DNA of 64,000 bases from an uncultured Clostridium sp. (lineage in GTDB: Bacteria; Bacillota; Clostridia; TANB77; CAG-508): positions 25,790 through 89,789 of the forward strand of contig USGK01000003.1 in NCBI GenBank assembly GCA_900554175.1, in the 5' to 3' direction. The translations under genes and the position numbers were made by a program. How positions within the stretch are numbered: position 1 is the first letter of the stretch; each line of letters starts with the position of its first letter. Under the pieces are notes generated by a model. It had not been told where the DNA came from and did not search any database. It saw nothing but the letters and a program-made list of their open reading frames with translations. This document shows, one piece after another, positions 18,701 through 28,079 of the stretch.

Positions 18701-19659
18701 TTTATTTCCTCCAAAATAATATTTATATTATTTTGCATATCTGCCAAGCCATCAATCCATATTATTTCTTTATTTTTTCTAAACCAAGTTAATTGACGTT
18801 TAGCATATCTTCTTGTTTCTTGTTTTATCTTTTCTTTCATTTCTTTATAACATATCTTTTCGTTTTCTTTAATATAACTATCAGCTCTATTTTCTTCAAT
18901 TTTTCTTAAATATTCAACAACTTCTTTATATCCTATTGCCTGCATAGCTGTTGGAAATTTATCGCATTTTTTTAAAATTGATTCTACTTCTTCTATCAAT
19001 CCTTGTTCTAGCATAATATCTACTCTTCTATTAATTCTGTCATATAATATTTCTCTTTTAATATCTATTGCAAATACTTTATAGTCATATTTAGGTTCAT
19101 TTTTTCTAGATTCCGCTTCTTGTTCCGTTTTAGTTTTTCCTGTTGAATTATATATTTCTAGAATTCTTATAATCCTTTTTTTATCATTAGGACTTATTTT
19201 CTCACAAGCTTCTTTATCTATTTTCATTGCTTTTTCATATAGCATTTTTAAGCCTGTTTCTGTCATAGCTATTTTTTCTTGTTCTTTTCTAAATTCCTCA
19301 TCATATTCAATTTCATTGTATTCTATATTATAAATTAAACTATCTGCATATAGGCCTGTCCCGCCAACAACAATTGGAATCTTTCCTTTATTTAATATTT
19401 CATCAATTGATTTTTCTGCATTTCTTTTATAATCTGCAACAGAAAATCTTTCATTTGGTTCTAAAAAGTCTAACATATAGTGTTTTATTCCTTGCATTTC
19501 TTGCACTGTAGGCTTTGCAGAACCTATATTCATATATTTATATATTTGCATAGAATCACAAGATACTATTTCACCATCTATTTTTTTTGCCAATTCTATT
19601 GAAAGTGCAGTTTTTCCTGATGCAGTTGGTCCAACAATAACTATTACTTTTGGTTTCAT
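18697..19659 (-). CDS. miaA: tRNA dimethylallyltransferase MiaA
   Basis: P-loop VIVIVGPTASGKT at the N-terminus and DSMQIYKYMNIGSAKP. 320 aa. 4-nt overlap with the downstream gene. Confidence 0.92.
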   Translation of the reverse strand: MKPKVIVIVGPTASGKTALSIELAKKIDGEIVSCDSMQIYKYMNIGSAKPTVQEMQGIKHYMLDFLEPNERFSVADYKRNAEKSIDEILNKGKIPIVVGGTGLYADSLIYNIEYNEIEYDEEFRKEQEKIAMTETGLKMLYEKAMKIDKEACEKISPNDKKRIIRILEIYNSTGKTKTEQEAESRKNEPKYDYKVFAIDIKREILYDRINRRVDIMLEQGLIEEVESILKKCDKFPTAMQAIGYKEVVEYLRKIEENRADSYIKENEKICYKEMKEKIKQETRRYAKRQLTWFRKNKEIIWIDGLADMQNNINIILEEIN

Positions 19660-19698
19660 TTTTTGTAGATGCTAGCAAAAGCTGCACCCTCTCCTTTC

Positions 19699-20157
19699 TT
19701 ATTTTTTATATAAATTTAATATTCCGTTTTGTATATCTTTAAAGTAAAAAATTTCAATTATTAATATTACAATAAATATTATAGTCATTACAGTTATTCT
19801 CTTTTTAAATATTTTGTCGTCAATTTGTTCAGAATTTAAGTTTCCTATTTGAATTGCTAAATATGGCATTACTATAAAGCCATTAAGTGGTATAAAAAGA
19901 AATTCAATTATTCTTCTTACTGGAGCAATCATATTTTTATTTGGATATTGAACTCCACTAGACGATATATTAAAAATTATTGTTGTTATAATAGTTAATA
20001 TAATTAAATTTATTACAATATACTTAATTTTTATATTTTTTTCTTTTATATTTGTTAATGAATTCCATGACCATACAATTAAAACAATCCATAATGCTAT
20101 CTCAATTAAATAAATTATAGTTGCCATATATTCCTCCACAAAACTATTTTCTCTCAA
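19699..20157 (-). CDS. Hypothetical small integral membrane protein
   Basis: 152-aa ORF with four predicted TM segments between mutL and miaA. The start may be the internal Met at ~20127, which would remove the overlap with mutL. Confidence 0.4.
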   Translation of the reverse strand: MRENSFVEEYMATIIYLIEIALWIVLIVWSWNSLTNIKEKNIKIKYIVINLIILTIITTIIFNISSSGVQYPNKNMIAPVRRIIEFLFIPLNGFIVMPYLAIQIGNLNSEQIDDKIFKKRITVMTIIFIVILIIEIFYFKDIQNGILNLYKK

Positions 20158-22519
20158 ATTTTCTTTCTATGTCATATTTAGACATTTTTATAACCGTTGG
20201 TCTACCATGTGGACAAGAAAATGGATTTTGAAGTTTTAGAAGTTCATTCATTAGACTGTCTACTTCTTCTTTTGTTAAAACCATATTTGCTTTTACTGCA
20301 GCTTTGCATGCGACAGTTGCTATAAATTTTTCTTCTTTTTCTTGTTTTGCTGTTCTTGCAACTGTGTTTATTTCATCTAAAGTTTCCATAAATAATTCTT
20401 TTGTATCAAGATCTATACAAATATCTGGAACACCTGATAATTTTATAGTATTTTCTCCGAATTCTTCTAAAATAAATCCAGCTTTTTCAAACATTTCAAA
20501 ATTATCTTTTGCTATTCCCATCTCTTTATGTGTAAGTGTAATTATGTCTGGCAATAATAACAGTTGTGAATTATTTTTATTGCCACTATAGAAATTTTTC
20601 TTAACCTTTTCATACATTATTCTCTCATGTGCTGCGTGTTGATCCATTATATACAATTCTTTATCCATTTCTAAAATAATATATGTATTAAACGCTATGC
20701 CTATAAATTTATATATTGGTTTATTGTATTCTTCCATATTTTCAAACATTGAAATATTATTATTATCTATCTCTTTGTCAATTTTGTATACATCTTCTGG
20801 TTCTGATTTTGTTTCTTTTCTTCCCCCATATGGTTCTTTACCAAATAACTGCTTGTACATTTCTTCAAATGATATTTTTTCTTTGCTTTCTGTTTTTTCA
20901 TTCTTTGAAATCTCTTCATTTAAATTAGTTTCTGTTTTTTCGCAAGTATTTTTACTATCAACATCTTCAATTTTATCATTTATTGATTCTTTCTCTTCAA
21001 ATTCTTTGTTATTTCCTTGATTTTTAGTTGCTTTTTCATCATTTTCAGGTTCTTCTTGTTTATTTTCAGAATCATTATCTTCAAATACTATAGGTATTAC
21101 CTTTTCTTGTTCATTTGATTTATCTATAACATATTCTTGTATTTCTTCTTCATTTTTTTCTTCTGATTTATTTTTTTCATTTTTAAGTTCAATATTAATA
21201 TTTTCTTGGATTTCACTTTCTTTATTTTTTTCTTCATTTTGTTTTTTAATATATATATCCTTTAAAATATTTTGTGTATTTGTTTCTTCTATATTTATAT
21301 CACTATTATTTCTGCCAAATAAATCAGAGTTTAACGTTTCTTCTTCCGATAACGCCCTTAGTCCTTTAGGTATTTCATTTTCTAAACTATCTGTATTATC
21401 ATCTTTCTCTTCTTCATTTTCTTTTCTTTTAAATAATCCTGTTATTCCTCTTGCAAAACTTGATTGAACTTTAAATGCATCTTTTGAAGCTACATTTGCT
21501 TCTCTTGTTTTTTCTCTATCAGATATCAAGTTTGCCTTTAAAAGTGTATCTTTTACAGCATGATACATTGCTTTAAAAATTACATCTTCATTCTCAAACC
21601 TTACTTCAAGCTTTGCTGGATGCACATTCACATCTACTTTATTAGGATTCATCTCAATATTTAGAATTATAAATCCAAATTTTCCTATTGGAATTAATCC
21701 TTTAAATGCCTGTTCAGCAGCAGCTGTTAGAGTTTTATCTTTTACATATCTTTTATTTACAAAAAAGATTTGATTTGATCTATTTGATCTTGCTATTGCT
21801 GGTTTTCCTATTACTCCACTTATTTTTATATCTTCATATTCAGATGAAACTTGTAAAACTTCTTCAGTAACTTGTTTTCCATATATGCTGTAAATTACAT
21901 TTTTAAGTTCTCCACTACCATTCGTTTGTAAAATTGTTTTATTACTGTTTATTAGTTTTATTGCAATTTCAGGATGTACTAATGCAATTCTTGTCATTAC
22001 ATCTTCTATGTATCCACTTTCTGTATAATCCTTTTTTAAAAATTTATATCTAACAGGTGTATTAAAAAATAAGTTTCTTACAGTAATGCTAGTTCCCTTA
22101 CTACAGCCCTCATCTTCTATCGCTAGAACATCTCCACCTTCTACAACTATTTTTGTTCCTATTTGTTCTTCTTCAGTTTTTGTTACAAGTTCTACTGTTG
22201 CAATAGCAGCAATACTAGCTAATGCTTCTCCCCTGAATCCCATTGATTTTACATCTTGAAGATCTGCAGCACTTCTTATTTTGCTTGTTGCGTGTCTTTC
22301 GAATGCCATCTCTACATCATCTCTTGCAATTCCTTTTCCATCATCTGAAATTCTTATATATGATATACCTCCATTTTTTATTTCAACTGTTATATTTTTA
22401 GCTCCTGCATCTATTGAGTTTTCTACCATTTCTTTTATAACTGACGCCGGTCTTTCTATAACTTCTCCTGCTGCTATTTTGTTTATTGTTAAATCATCTA
22501 ATAATACTATATTTCCCAT
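20144..22519 (-). CDS. mutL: DNA mismatch repair protein MutL (with long E/K/N-rich linker)
   Basis: GHKL ATPase N-terminus (KIAAGEVIERPASVIKEMVENSIDAG), C-terminal dimerisation/endonuclease region (QHAAHERI, ACKAAVKAN, FSCPHGRP). 791 aa due to a low-complexity linker. Confidence 0.95.
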   Translation of the reverse strand: MGNIVLLDDLTINKIAAGEVIERPASVIKEMVENSIDAGAKNITVEIKNGGISYIRISDDGKGIARDDVEMAFERHATSKIRSAADLQDVKSMGFRGEALASIAAIATVELVTKTEEEQIGTKIVVEGGDVLAIEDEGCSKGTSITVRNLFFNTPVRYKFLKKDYTESGYIEDVMTRIALVHPEIAIKLINSNKTILQTNGSGELKNVIYSIYGKQVTEEVLQVSSEYEDIKISGVIGKPAIARSNRSNQIFFVNKRYVKDKTLTAAAEQAFKGLIPIGKFGFIILNIEMNPNKVDVNVHPAKLEVRFENEDVIFKAMYHAVKDTLLKANLISDREKTREANVASKDAFKVQSSFARGITGLFKRKENEEEKDDNTDSLENEIPKGLRALSEEETLNSDLFGRNNSDINIEETNTQNILKDIYIKKQNEEKNKESEIQENINIELKNEKNKSEEKNEEEIQEYVIDKSNEQEKVIPIVFEDNDSENKQEEPENDEKATKNQGNNKEFEEKESINDKIEDVDSKNTCEKTETNLNEEISKNEKTESKEKISFEEMYKQLFGKEPYGGRKETKSEPEDVYKIDKEIDNNNISMFENMEEYNKPIYKFIGIAFNTYIILEMDKELYIMDQHAAHERIMYEKVKKNFYSGNKNNSQLLLLPDIITLTHKEMGIAKDNFEMFEKAGFILEEFGENTIKLSGVPDICIDLDTKELFMETLDEINTVARTAKQEKEEKFIATVACKAAVKANMVLTKEEVDSLMNELLKLQNPFSCPHGRPTVIKMSKYDIERKFERK

Positions 22520-22829
22520 TTTTTATCTCATTCCTTTTGTAAATATAATTTAATGCAATTATATCATTTTAATCCAGTTTTTGTATAGAGTTTTTTAAAA
22601 ATTTTTTTAAAACACCATTGGTCTATAAAATCATTTATATTTTTATTTTATTAAACTATATATTTATAAGTATTTTTAATATTAGTTTCATTTCTAAATA
22701 AAATTCAAACTAGCTTTTAATAGAAATTCAACAGTAACACTTTTTATAAATTCTCATATTATATATCAAACAAAGGAAAAAAAACAAGATTTTTTGATAC
22801 TTATAAGGATTTTGAAAGGTGGTGAAAAC

Positions 22830-22952
22830 ATGCCAGAAAATAGAGGAGGATGCGGATGCGGATTCGGTTTCGGTGATGACTGTTGCTGGATAATAATTCT
22901 TATTATTTTATTATGCTGCTGCTGCGGTGGAAATAATAGAGGATGTTGCTAG
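22830..22952 (+). CDS. Tiny 40-aa Gly/Cys-rich transmembrane peptide, YjcZ-family-like (sporulation-associated tiny TM protein)
   Basis: Not in the ORF track. Strong RBS AGGTGGTG 7 nt upstream of ATG. Translation: MPENRGGCGCGFGFGDDCCWIIILIILLCCCCGGNNRGCC (10 Cys, 9 Gly, central hydrophobic core). Followed directly by a strong terminator. Confidence 0.55.
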   Translation: MPENRGGCGCGFGFGDDCCWIIILIILLCCCCGGNNRGCC

Positions 22953-22959
22953 AATAAAA

Positions 22960-22999
22960 GATTCCCAAATTACTTATAGTAATTTGGGATTTTTTATTT
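22960..22999 (+). terminator. Rho-independent terminator, copy 1 of a duplicated terminator module
   Basis: TCCCAAATTAC-TTATAG-GTAATTTGGGA followed by TTTTTTATTT. Confidence 0.8.
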
Positions 23000-23130
23000 A
23001 AAAATACTTTTATTTCATAAATTAAAACTATATATTTTTTGTATTTATTCTCTTCAATTTTATTGATATTACCAAACTTTTCAAATGTAATTATTTATGA
23101 TATAATTTTATAAAAAGAAAGGAGAAAAAT

Positions 23131-23310
23131 ATGAACAAATTAAATAAAATATTTTTAATTATAATTATTATTCTTGTAATATCATTAATAATTATGACTA
23201 CTTGCTTCTTTAATATGAAAAAAGTTGCTCTTTATAACTATTCCTTATATAAAAATTCGGAGGAACATGTCACTCAACTGGAAACAGAACTAAATACTCT
23301 AGTAAAATAA
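23131..23310 (+). CDS. Hypothetical 59-aa small membrane-anchored protein
   Basis: Not in the ORF track. RBS AAGGAG 6 nt upstream. Translation: MNKLNKIFLIIIIILVISLIIMTTCFFNMKKVALYNYSLYKNSEEHVTQLETELNTLVK. Followed by a second copy of the same terminator. Confidence 0.45.
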   Translation: MNKLNKIFLIIIIILVISLIIMTTCFFNMKKVALYNYSLYKNSEEHVTQLETELNTLVK

Positions 23311-23313
23311 AAA

Positions 23314-23357
23314 GATTCCCAAATTACTTATTATTGTAATTTGGGATGTTTTTATTT
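23314..23357. terminator. Rho-independent terminator, copy 2 of the duplicated module; also positioned to terminate the convergent dltD-like gene
   Basis: TCCCAAATTAC-TTATTATT-GTAATTTGGGA followed by TGTTTTTATTT; near-identical to 22960-22999. Confidence 0.8.
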
Positions 23358-23367
23358 AAAATATTTT

Positions 23368-24444
23368 CTATTCTATATTTTTCATTTGTTTTTGTTCATC
23401 ATATTTTAATAAATCTTCATTCCAGTTTTGGAAATTTGCGTCCTCCTTGTGACTTTCTAAATTATAATTTTGTTTCAAATAATTACTTAAAAAATCAGCA
23501 ACTTTTTTTGCTCCGTATATATTTAAATGATCCCCACCATCTTGTGTGTCTTCTTGCCAGTCAATTTTTACGGAATCTTCATAATTCAAATCAATAAATT
23601 TAACTTCATTGTCTTTTGCCAATCCTTCTATTATTTCATGTCGTTTATTACTCCATACCTTAGGTTCTGGCATTTTTAAAAATATTAATTCCGCATTATT
23701 TTCCTTACAAAACTCAATCATTTTTTCTATTTTTGCTTTAGTTTCATCAGGCATTTTTTCAATCTCTTCTTCTAAAACCTCATCACTAAGTTCATCTTCT
23801 TTTGATAGTTTATTATTAACTTTACCTGAATATTTTTTATGCTTATTTTCTAATAAATACCCTTTATATGTATATTCATTTTTATTTATAAATTTTCTAA
23901 GATCGCTTTCTTCCAAGCTAGACCATCTTGAATGATATCTTAATATTGGGAATATACAACTTAATTTTTCAAAATTTGACATACCATAATCACTATCATT
24001 TATCATTTCTATTTTATTTTTACTAAGTTTTAAAGGGTCTATTGCATTTCTTGTACCTAATTCATCATTAGCAGTTTTTCTAGAAAAAGCTTCACCGATT
24101 TCTAAGAAAACTATTTTAGGTTTTTGAGTTCTAAAAGCTTCTCTTATGTAATAATATGATGACCACATTTTTTGACGAGGTGTAGAAAAACAATATCCTG
24201 TTATCCCTGTCTTTTCGTATATTTCCATCGGTGAAATTCCTGTATATATACAAGAATTTCCAACATACAAGACATCAATCGAATTTTCTTTTTCTTTATA
24301 AAATTCTATTATAGCATATGATTGAAACCATTCCTTTATTGTACCTACTGGATTAAAAAATTTACCCAATATACAAAAGACAAGAAAAAATATGCCTAAA
24401 AATATGCCTGCTTTTAATGTTTTTATTATTAAATCCTTCTTCAT
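23368..24444 (-). CDS. dltD: DltD-like protein (N-terminally anchored SGNH/DltD-family)
   Basis: 358 aa. N-terminal TM anchor, last gene of the dlt-like operon. Identity rests on context and architecture rather than strong motif recall. Confidence 0.5.
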   Translation of the reverse strand: MKKDLIIKTLKAGIFLGIFFLVFCILGKFFNPVGTIKEWFQSYAIIEFYKEKENSIDVLYVGNSCIYTGISPMEIYEKTGITGYCFSTPRQKMWSSYYYIREAFRTQKPKIVFLEIGEAFSRKTANDELGTRNAIDPLKLSKNKIEMINDSDYGMSNFEKLSCIFPILRYHSRWSSLEESDLRKFINKNEYTYKGYLLENKHKKYSGKVNNKLSKEDELSDEVLEEEIEKMPDETKAKIEKMIEFCKENNAELIFLKMPEPKVWSNKRHEIIEGLAKDNEVKFIDLNYEDSVKIDWQEDTQDGGDHLNIYGAKKVADFLSNYLKQNYNLESHKEDANFQNWNEDLLKYDEQKQMKNIE

Positions 24445-24476
24445 TAAATTTACCTTCTATTTATTTTTAATTTTTA

Positions 24477-26072
24477 TTAAAATTGTCCATATATAAAACT
24501 TTGAATATTATACCCTTTTCCATATATTCCAAATATAATTATTATAAAAATTAAAGCATATAATACAATCCATCTAAATATTAAATTTTGTTTAGCTAAA
24601 GATTCTCTAAATTTTAAACCTTTTTCTTTGTATATGCTAGTTACTAATAATATAATACTTGAAATTACTATTATTGCAATGTCTCCCGGATTTAAGCCTC
24701 CAAGCATGAAAGCTTTTCCATTAAATATATTTTCCAAATTGTGGACATTAAATATTGATTTTACCATTTCAAAAAAAGTTCTTAAATTTTCTGCTCTAAA
24801 TATTGTCATTCCTATACATACAAACATATCTGTTCTTAATATTTGAAATAACTTATAACTCCATACTTTGGTATTAATTTTAAAAATCTTTATAATTTTT
24901 TCAAATAAAGGAGCAAATATTTTTCCAAGCATCATTATTACATAATAATATAATCCGTAAACGATATATTTTGCTCCAGCTCCATGCCATATCCCATTAC
25001 AAAGCCATACAAATAAAAGTGAGAAAGCTATTGGAACTAATTTAGATAAATATGTATCTTTAAATATTTTTTTAGAAACATTTGTAACTTTTACCGATGC
25101 TTTTGAAAGTGAAACTGGGTAAAAAACATAATCTTTAAGCCAGGTTCCAAGTGTAATGTTCCATCTTCTCCAAAATTCGTCAATTGATCTTGCAAAAAAT
25201 GGTCTTTCAAAGTTTTGATCTAAATGTATATCAAAAATTTCTGCTGCTCCTCTTACAATATCAATTCCACCAGAAAATTCTGCATATATTTGAAGTGTGT
25301 ATGCTAAAGCACCTAAAACTATAATTGGTCCTGAGTATGCAGTATAATTATTAAATACTTCGTTTGCATACATTGCTACTCTATCTGCTATTACCATCTT
25401 CTTAAAAAATCCCCATAGCATTAGTTGAGTTCCAAAACAAATATTTTTATATGTAATTTCATGTGGTTCATACAAATTATTAGCTAATTTATCATATCTT
25501 CCAATTGGACCTTCTACAAGTTGTGGAAAGAATGCTAAGAACAATGCAACTCTTCCTATGTTTTTATCTGCTTTTATTTTTCCTCTATACACATCAACAA
25601 TATAGCTTATTGCCTGAAGTGTATAATAAGATATTCCAAGTGGTAAAATAAATTCTTTAAGTGGTATATTAAACTCTATATGCAAAATTTTAAATAATGA
25701 ATTTATACCTTCTCCGATAAATCCAGAATATTTAATAAATATGAGTACAGCTAAATTGAGTAGTATTCCAAAAACCAATACTCTTTTTTTATTCTTTTTT
25801 GAATCTTGTTTTATTTTTTTCTTTTTTTCTTTATCATCTATAGTTTTTGATATTTTTTTACATTCATCATCAATCTTTCCAATTTTCAATGCCACTAAAT
25901 ATATTGAAAGAGTTGTAAAAAGCATACATAAAATTAAATACGTGCTATTAGAAAAGTAAAAAATATAACTAGAAATTAATAATACAAGCCATTTTACTTT
26001 TTTGGGTACTATTTTGTATATTAAAACTATTCCTAATAAAAATATCAAAAACTCAATTGAATTGATTAACAT
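24477..26072 (-). CDS. dltB: MBOAT-family membrane O-acyltransferase (DltB-like) with a lysine-rich inserted loop
   Basis: 531 aa polytopic membrane protein with MBOAT-like features and conserved His region (WHGAGAKYIVYG). About 60-aa K-rich insertion (KKISKTIDDKEKKKKIKQDSKKNKKR). Confidence 0.7.
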   Translation of the reverse strand: MLINSIEFLIFLLGIVLIYKIVPKKVKWLVLLISSYIFYFSNSTYLILCMLFTTLSIYLVALKIGKIDDECKKISKTIDDKEKKKKIKQDSKKNKKRVLVFGILLNLAVLIFIKYSGFIGEGINSLFKILHIEFNIPLKEFILPLGISYYTLQAISYIVDVYRGKIKADKNIGRVALFLAFFPQLVEGPIGRYDKLANNLYEPHEITYKNICFGTQLMLWGFFKKMVIADRVAMYANEVFNNYTAYSGPIIVLGALAYTLQIYAEFSGGIDIVRGAAEIFDIHLDQNFERPFFARSIDEFWRRWNITLGTWLKDYVFYPVSLSKASVKVTNVSKKIFKDTYLSKLVPIAFSLLFVWLCNGIWHGAGAKYIVYGLYYYVIMMLGKIFAPLFEKIIKIFKINTKVWSYKLFQILRTDMFVCIGMTIFRAENLRTFFEMVKSIFNVHNLENIFNGKAFMLGGLNPGDIAIIVISSIILLVTSIYKEKGLKFRESLAKQNLIFRWIVLYALIFIIIIFGIYGKGYNIQSFIYGQF

Positions 26073-26093
26073 TTTCTTTTTTCCCTTTCAATA

Positions 26094-26357
26094 TTACTCT
26101 TCATCTTGCAATTTTTGTATTAATTTATATATATCTTCAGCTGATTCAAAATTTTCAGGAATCAAATCTGATGGTGTAATTTCAATATCAAATTCATCAT
26201 TTAATTTAGTTACTAATGTAACTATATCAAATGAATCTAATATTTCCTCACTTATCAAATTTTTTTCGTTTTCAAAATCAATCCCTGGTTTTACATCTTT
26301 TAAAATCTCAATTAATTCTTCCATAATAATTTTCCTTTCTTTATTTATTGTTTTCAC
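26094..26357 (-). CDS. dltC: D-alanyl carrier protein-like ACP (DltC-like)
   Basis: 87 aa acidic protein with phosphopantetheine-attachment LDSF motif (EEILDSFDIVTLV). Overlaps dltA-like by 17 nt. Confidence 0.7.
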   Translation of the reverse strand: MKTINKERKIIMEELIEILKDVKPGIDFENEKNLISEEILDSFDIVTLVTKLNDEFDIEITPSDLIPENFESAEDIYKLIQKLQDEE

Positions 26358-27879
26358 TATTTATAGAAATTTGTCCTTTTAATAGTTTTCTATCTATTTT
26401 GCCATTACTGTTATATGGCATTTTTGTAATTTTTACATATTTATTTGGTCTCATATATGGTAAAAGTAAGTTTTCTGCCTTCTTTGCAATTTCAGTTTCT
26501 TCGATATCTCCTTGGTAAAATAATATTATTTGTTGATTTTTTTCATCATAAACACAAGCACATAAAATAATATTTTCTATACTATAAATATTTTTTTCGA
26601 TTTCTCCAAGTTCTATTCTATATCCCATATGTTTTATTTGATAATCTTTTCTTGAAATATATATAAGTTCTTCATTTTCGTTATATTTAGCAATATCTCC
26701 TGTTTTGTATACTATTTCTGGATAATTTTTGTTTATAGGATTTTGAATAAAGGCTTCTTTTGTTTTTTTGATATTTCCAAAATATCCATCTGCTAAAAAT
26801 GAGCCTCTTACTAAAATTTCTCCTACTTCACCTTTTTTTGCTTCTTTTCCATCTTCTTTAATTAAAATAATTCCACAATTGTCACAATGTTTTCCTATAG
26901 GAAGTGTTTCATCATTTTTAAACTCTCTATCTACTATATAATAAGAACATATATCAGTTGTTTCTGTTGGTCCATAAAGGTTAGCATACATACAATCTGG
27001 TAATGCTTTTCTCCACATATTTAGTTGCTTAATTGGCATTACTTCTCCGGCAAATAATATTTTCTTTAAATCAGGAAGCTGTATATTTTCTAAAGCTCCT
27101 AAATTTGCTACAATACATAATGCTGAAGGAACCCAATAAATCGTGTTAACTTTTTTCTCTTTCAAAAATTCAAGTAATTTTATAGGGAAAGAGAAAAACA
27201 TTTTTGGTATAATGTATAGAGTCGCTCCTGTATAAATTGTTGTAAATACATCTAAAATAGACATACTGAAATAAAAAGGTGTTTGACTACCAAATATTGT
27301 TTTACTATCTATTTCGAAGCATTCCTTTACCCAATTCACATATGATATTACTGCTCTATGACTTACAACTGTTCCTTTTGGAATTCCTGTTGAGCCTGAT
27401 GTAAAAAGAACATACATTGGATCTAAGTCAATTTGCCTTTTTCTTATTTCTTCTAATTTTTCTTGGTTAATATCTCCTTGTTGTAAATCTTCGTATAATA
27501 AAACTTTTATTTCTTTATTATCTAAATTAATCTTTTCCAACTTTGATATATTTTTTTGATCTGTTATTACTATTTTACTCTCTAAAGTTTCTATTATACT
27601 TTTGGCTCTTTCTGCTGGCGATTTTGTATCTATTATTGTATAAAAATTACCACTGTATAATATTCCCATCATTGTTTCTAGACAGTTTATTGTCTTGTCA
27701 ATAAATATTACTATTGGTTCTTTTTCTTTTTTTATATTTTTTATTATGTTTGTTCCAATCTTTTTTGAATTTTTTAAAAATTCACTATATGTTACTTCTT
27801 TTTCACTTTCCCCAAAAATTATTTTCTCTGGAAATTTTCTTTCTGAGTTTTCTAATGCTTGTAATATATTTTTTATCAT
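26341..27879 (-). CDS. dltA: D-alanine--D-alanyl carrier protein ligase (DltA-like adenylation enzyme)
   Basis: 512 aa AMP-binding enzyme (YVLFTSGSTGIPKG, YGPTETT, YKTGD, GRxDxQIK-like). DltA-like N-terminus (ILQALENSERKFPEKIIF). Confidence 0.8.
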   Translation of the reverse strand: MIKNILQALENSERKFPEKIIFGESEKEVTYSEFLKNSKKIGTNIIKNIKKEKEPIVIFIDKTINCLETMMGILYSGNFYTIIDTKSPAERAKSIIETLESKIVITDQKNISKLEKINLDNKEIKVLLYEDLQQGDINQEKLEEIRKRQIDLDPMYVLFTSGSTGIPKGTVVSHRAVISYVNWVKECFEIDSKTIFGSQTPFYFSMSILDVFTTIYTGATLYIIPKMFFSFPIKLLEFLKEKKVNTIYWVPSALCIVANLGALENIQLPDLKKILFAGEVMPIKQLNMWRKALPDCMYANLYGPTETTDICSYYIVDREFKNDETLPIGKHCDNCGIILIKEDGKEAKKGEVGEILVRGSFLADGYFGNIKKTKEAFIQNPINKNYPEIVYKTGDIAKYNENEELIYISRKDYQIKHMGYRIELGEIEKNIYSIENIILCACVYDEKNQQIILFYQGDIEETEIAKKAENLLLPYMRPNKYVKITKMPYNSNGKIDRKLLKGQISINSENNK

Positions 27880-28033
27880 GGTATTCTAAGCCTTACTTTC
27901 TTTTAAATTTTTCTTTAATATATTACCATTAAAGATTATATTTTTCAATAAATTTGTTTAATTTTCATAAAAAATTTACTATTAATTTAAGTACTTTTTA
28001 AATTACAAAATAGTTTTTTATATACATTTAAAA

Positions 28034-28079
28034 GAAATAAGCTATTATCAAAATAGCCTATCTTGATAATAGCTTATTA
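28034..28079 (-). terminator. Terminator of mreB paralog: perfect 16-bp inverted repeat
   Basis: AATAAGCTATTATCAA - 11 nt - TTGATAATAGCTTATT, abutting the mreB stop. The minus strand has a TTCTTTT run after it. Confidence 0.7.

Noticed and set aside
22520-22830. Possible tRNA or small RNA in the 310-bp spacer upstream of mutL.
   Set aside because: No cloverleaf-compatible stems or conserved tRNA boxes (GTTC/TTCGA context) could be found. The sequence is plain AT-rich promoter-like DNA.
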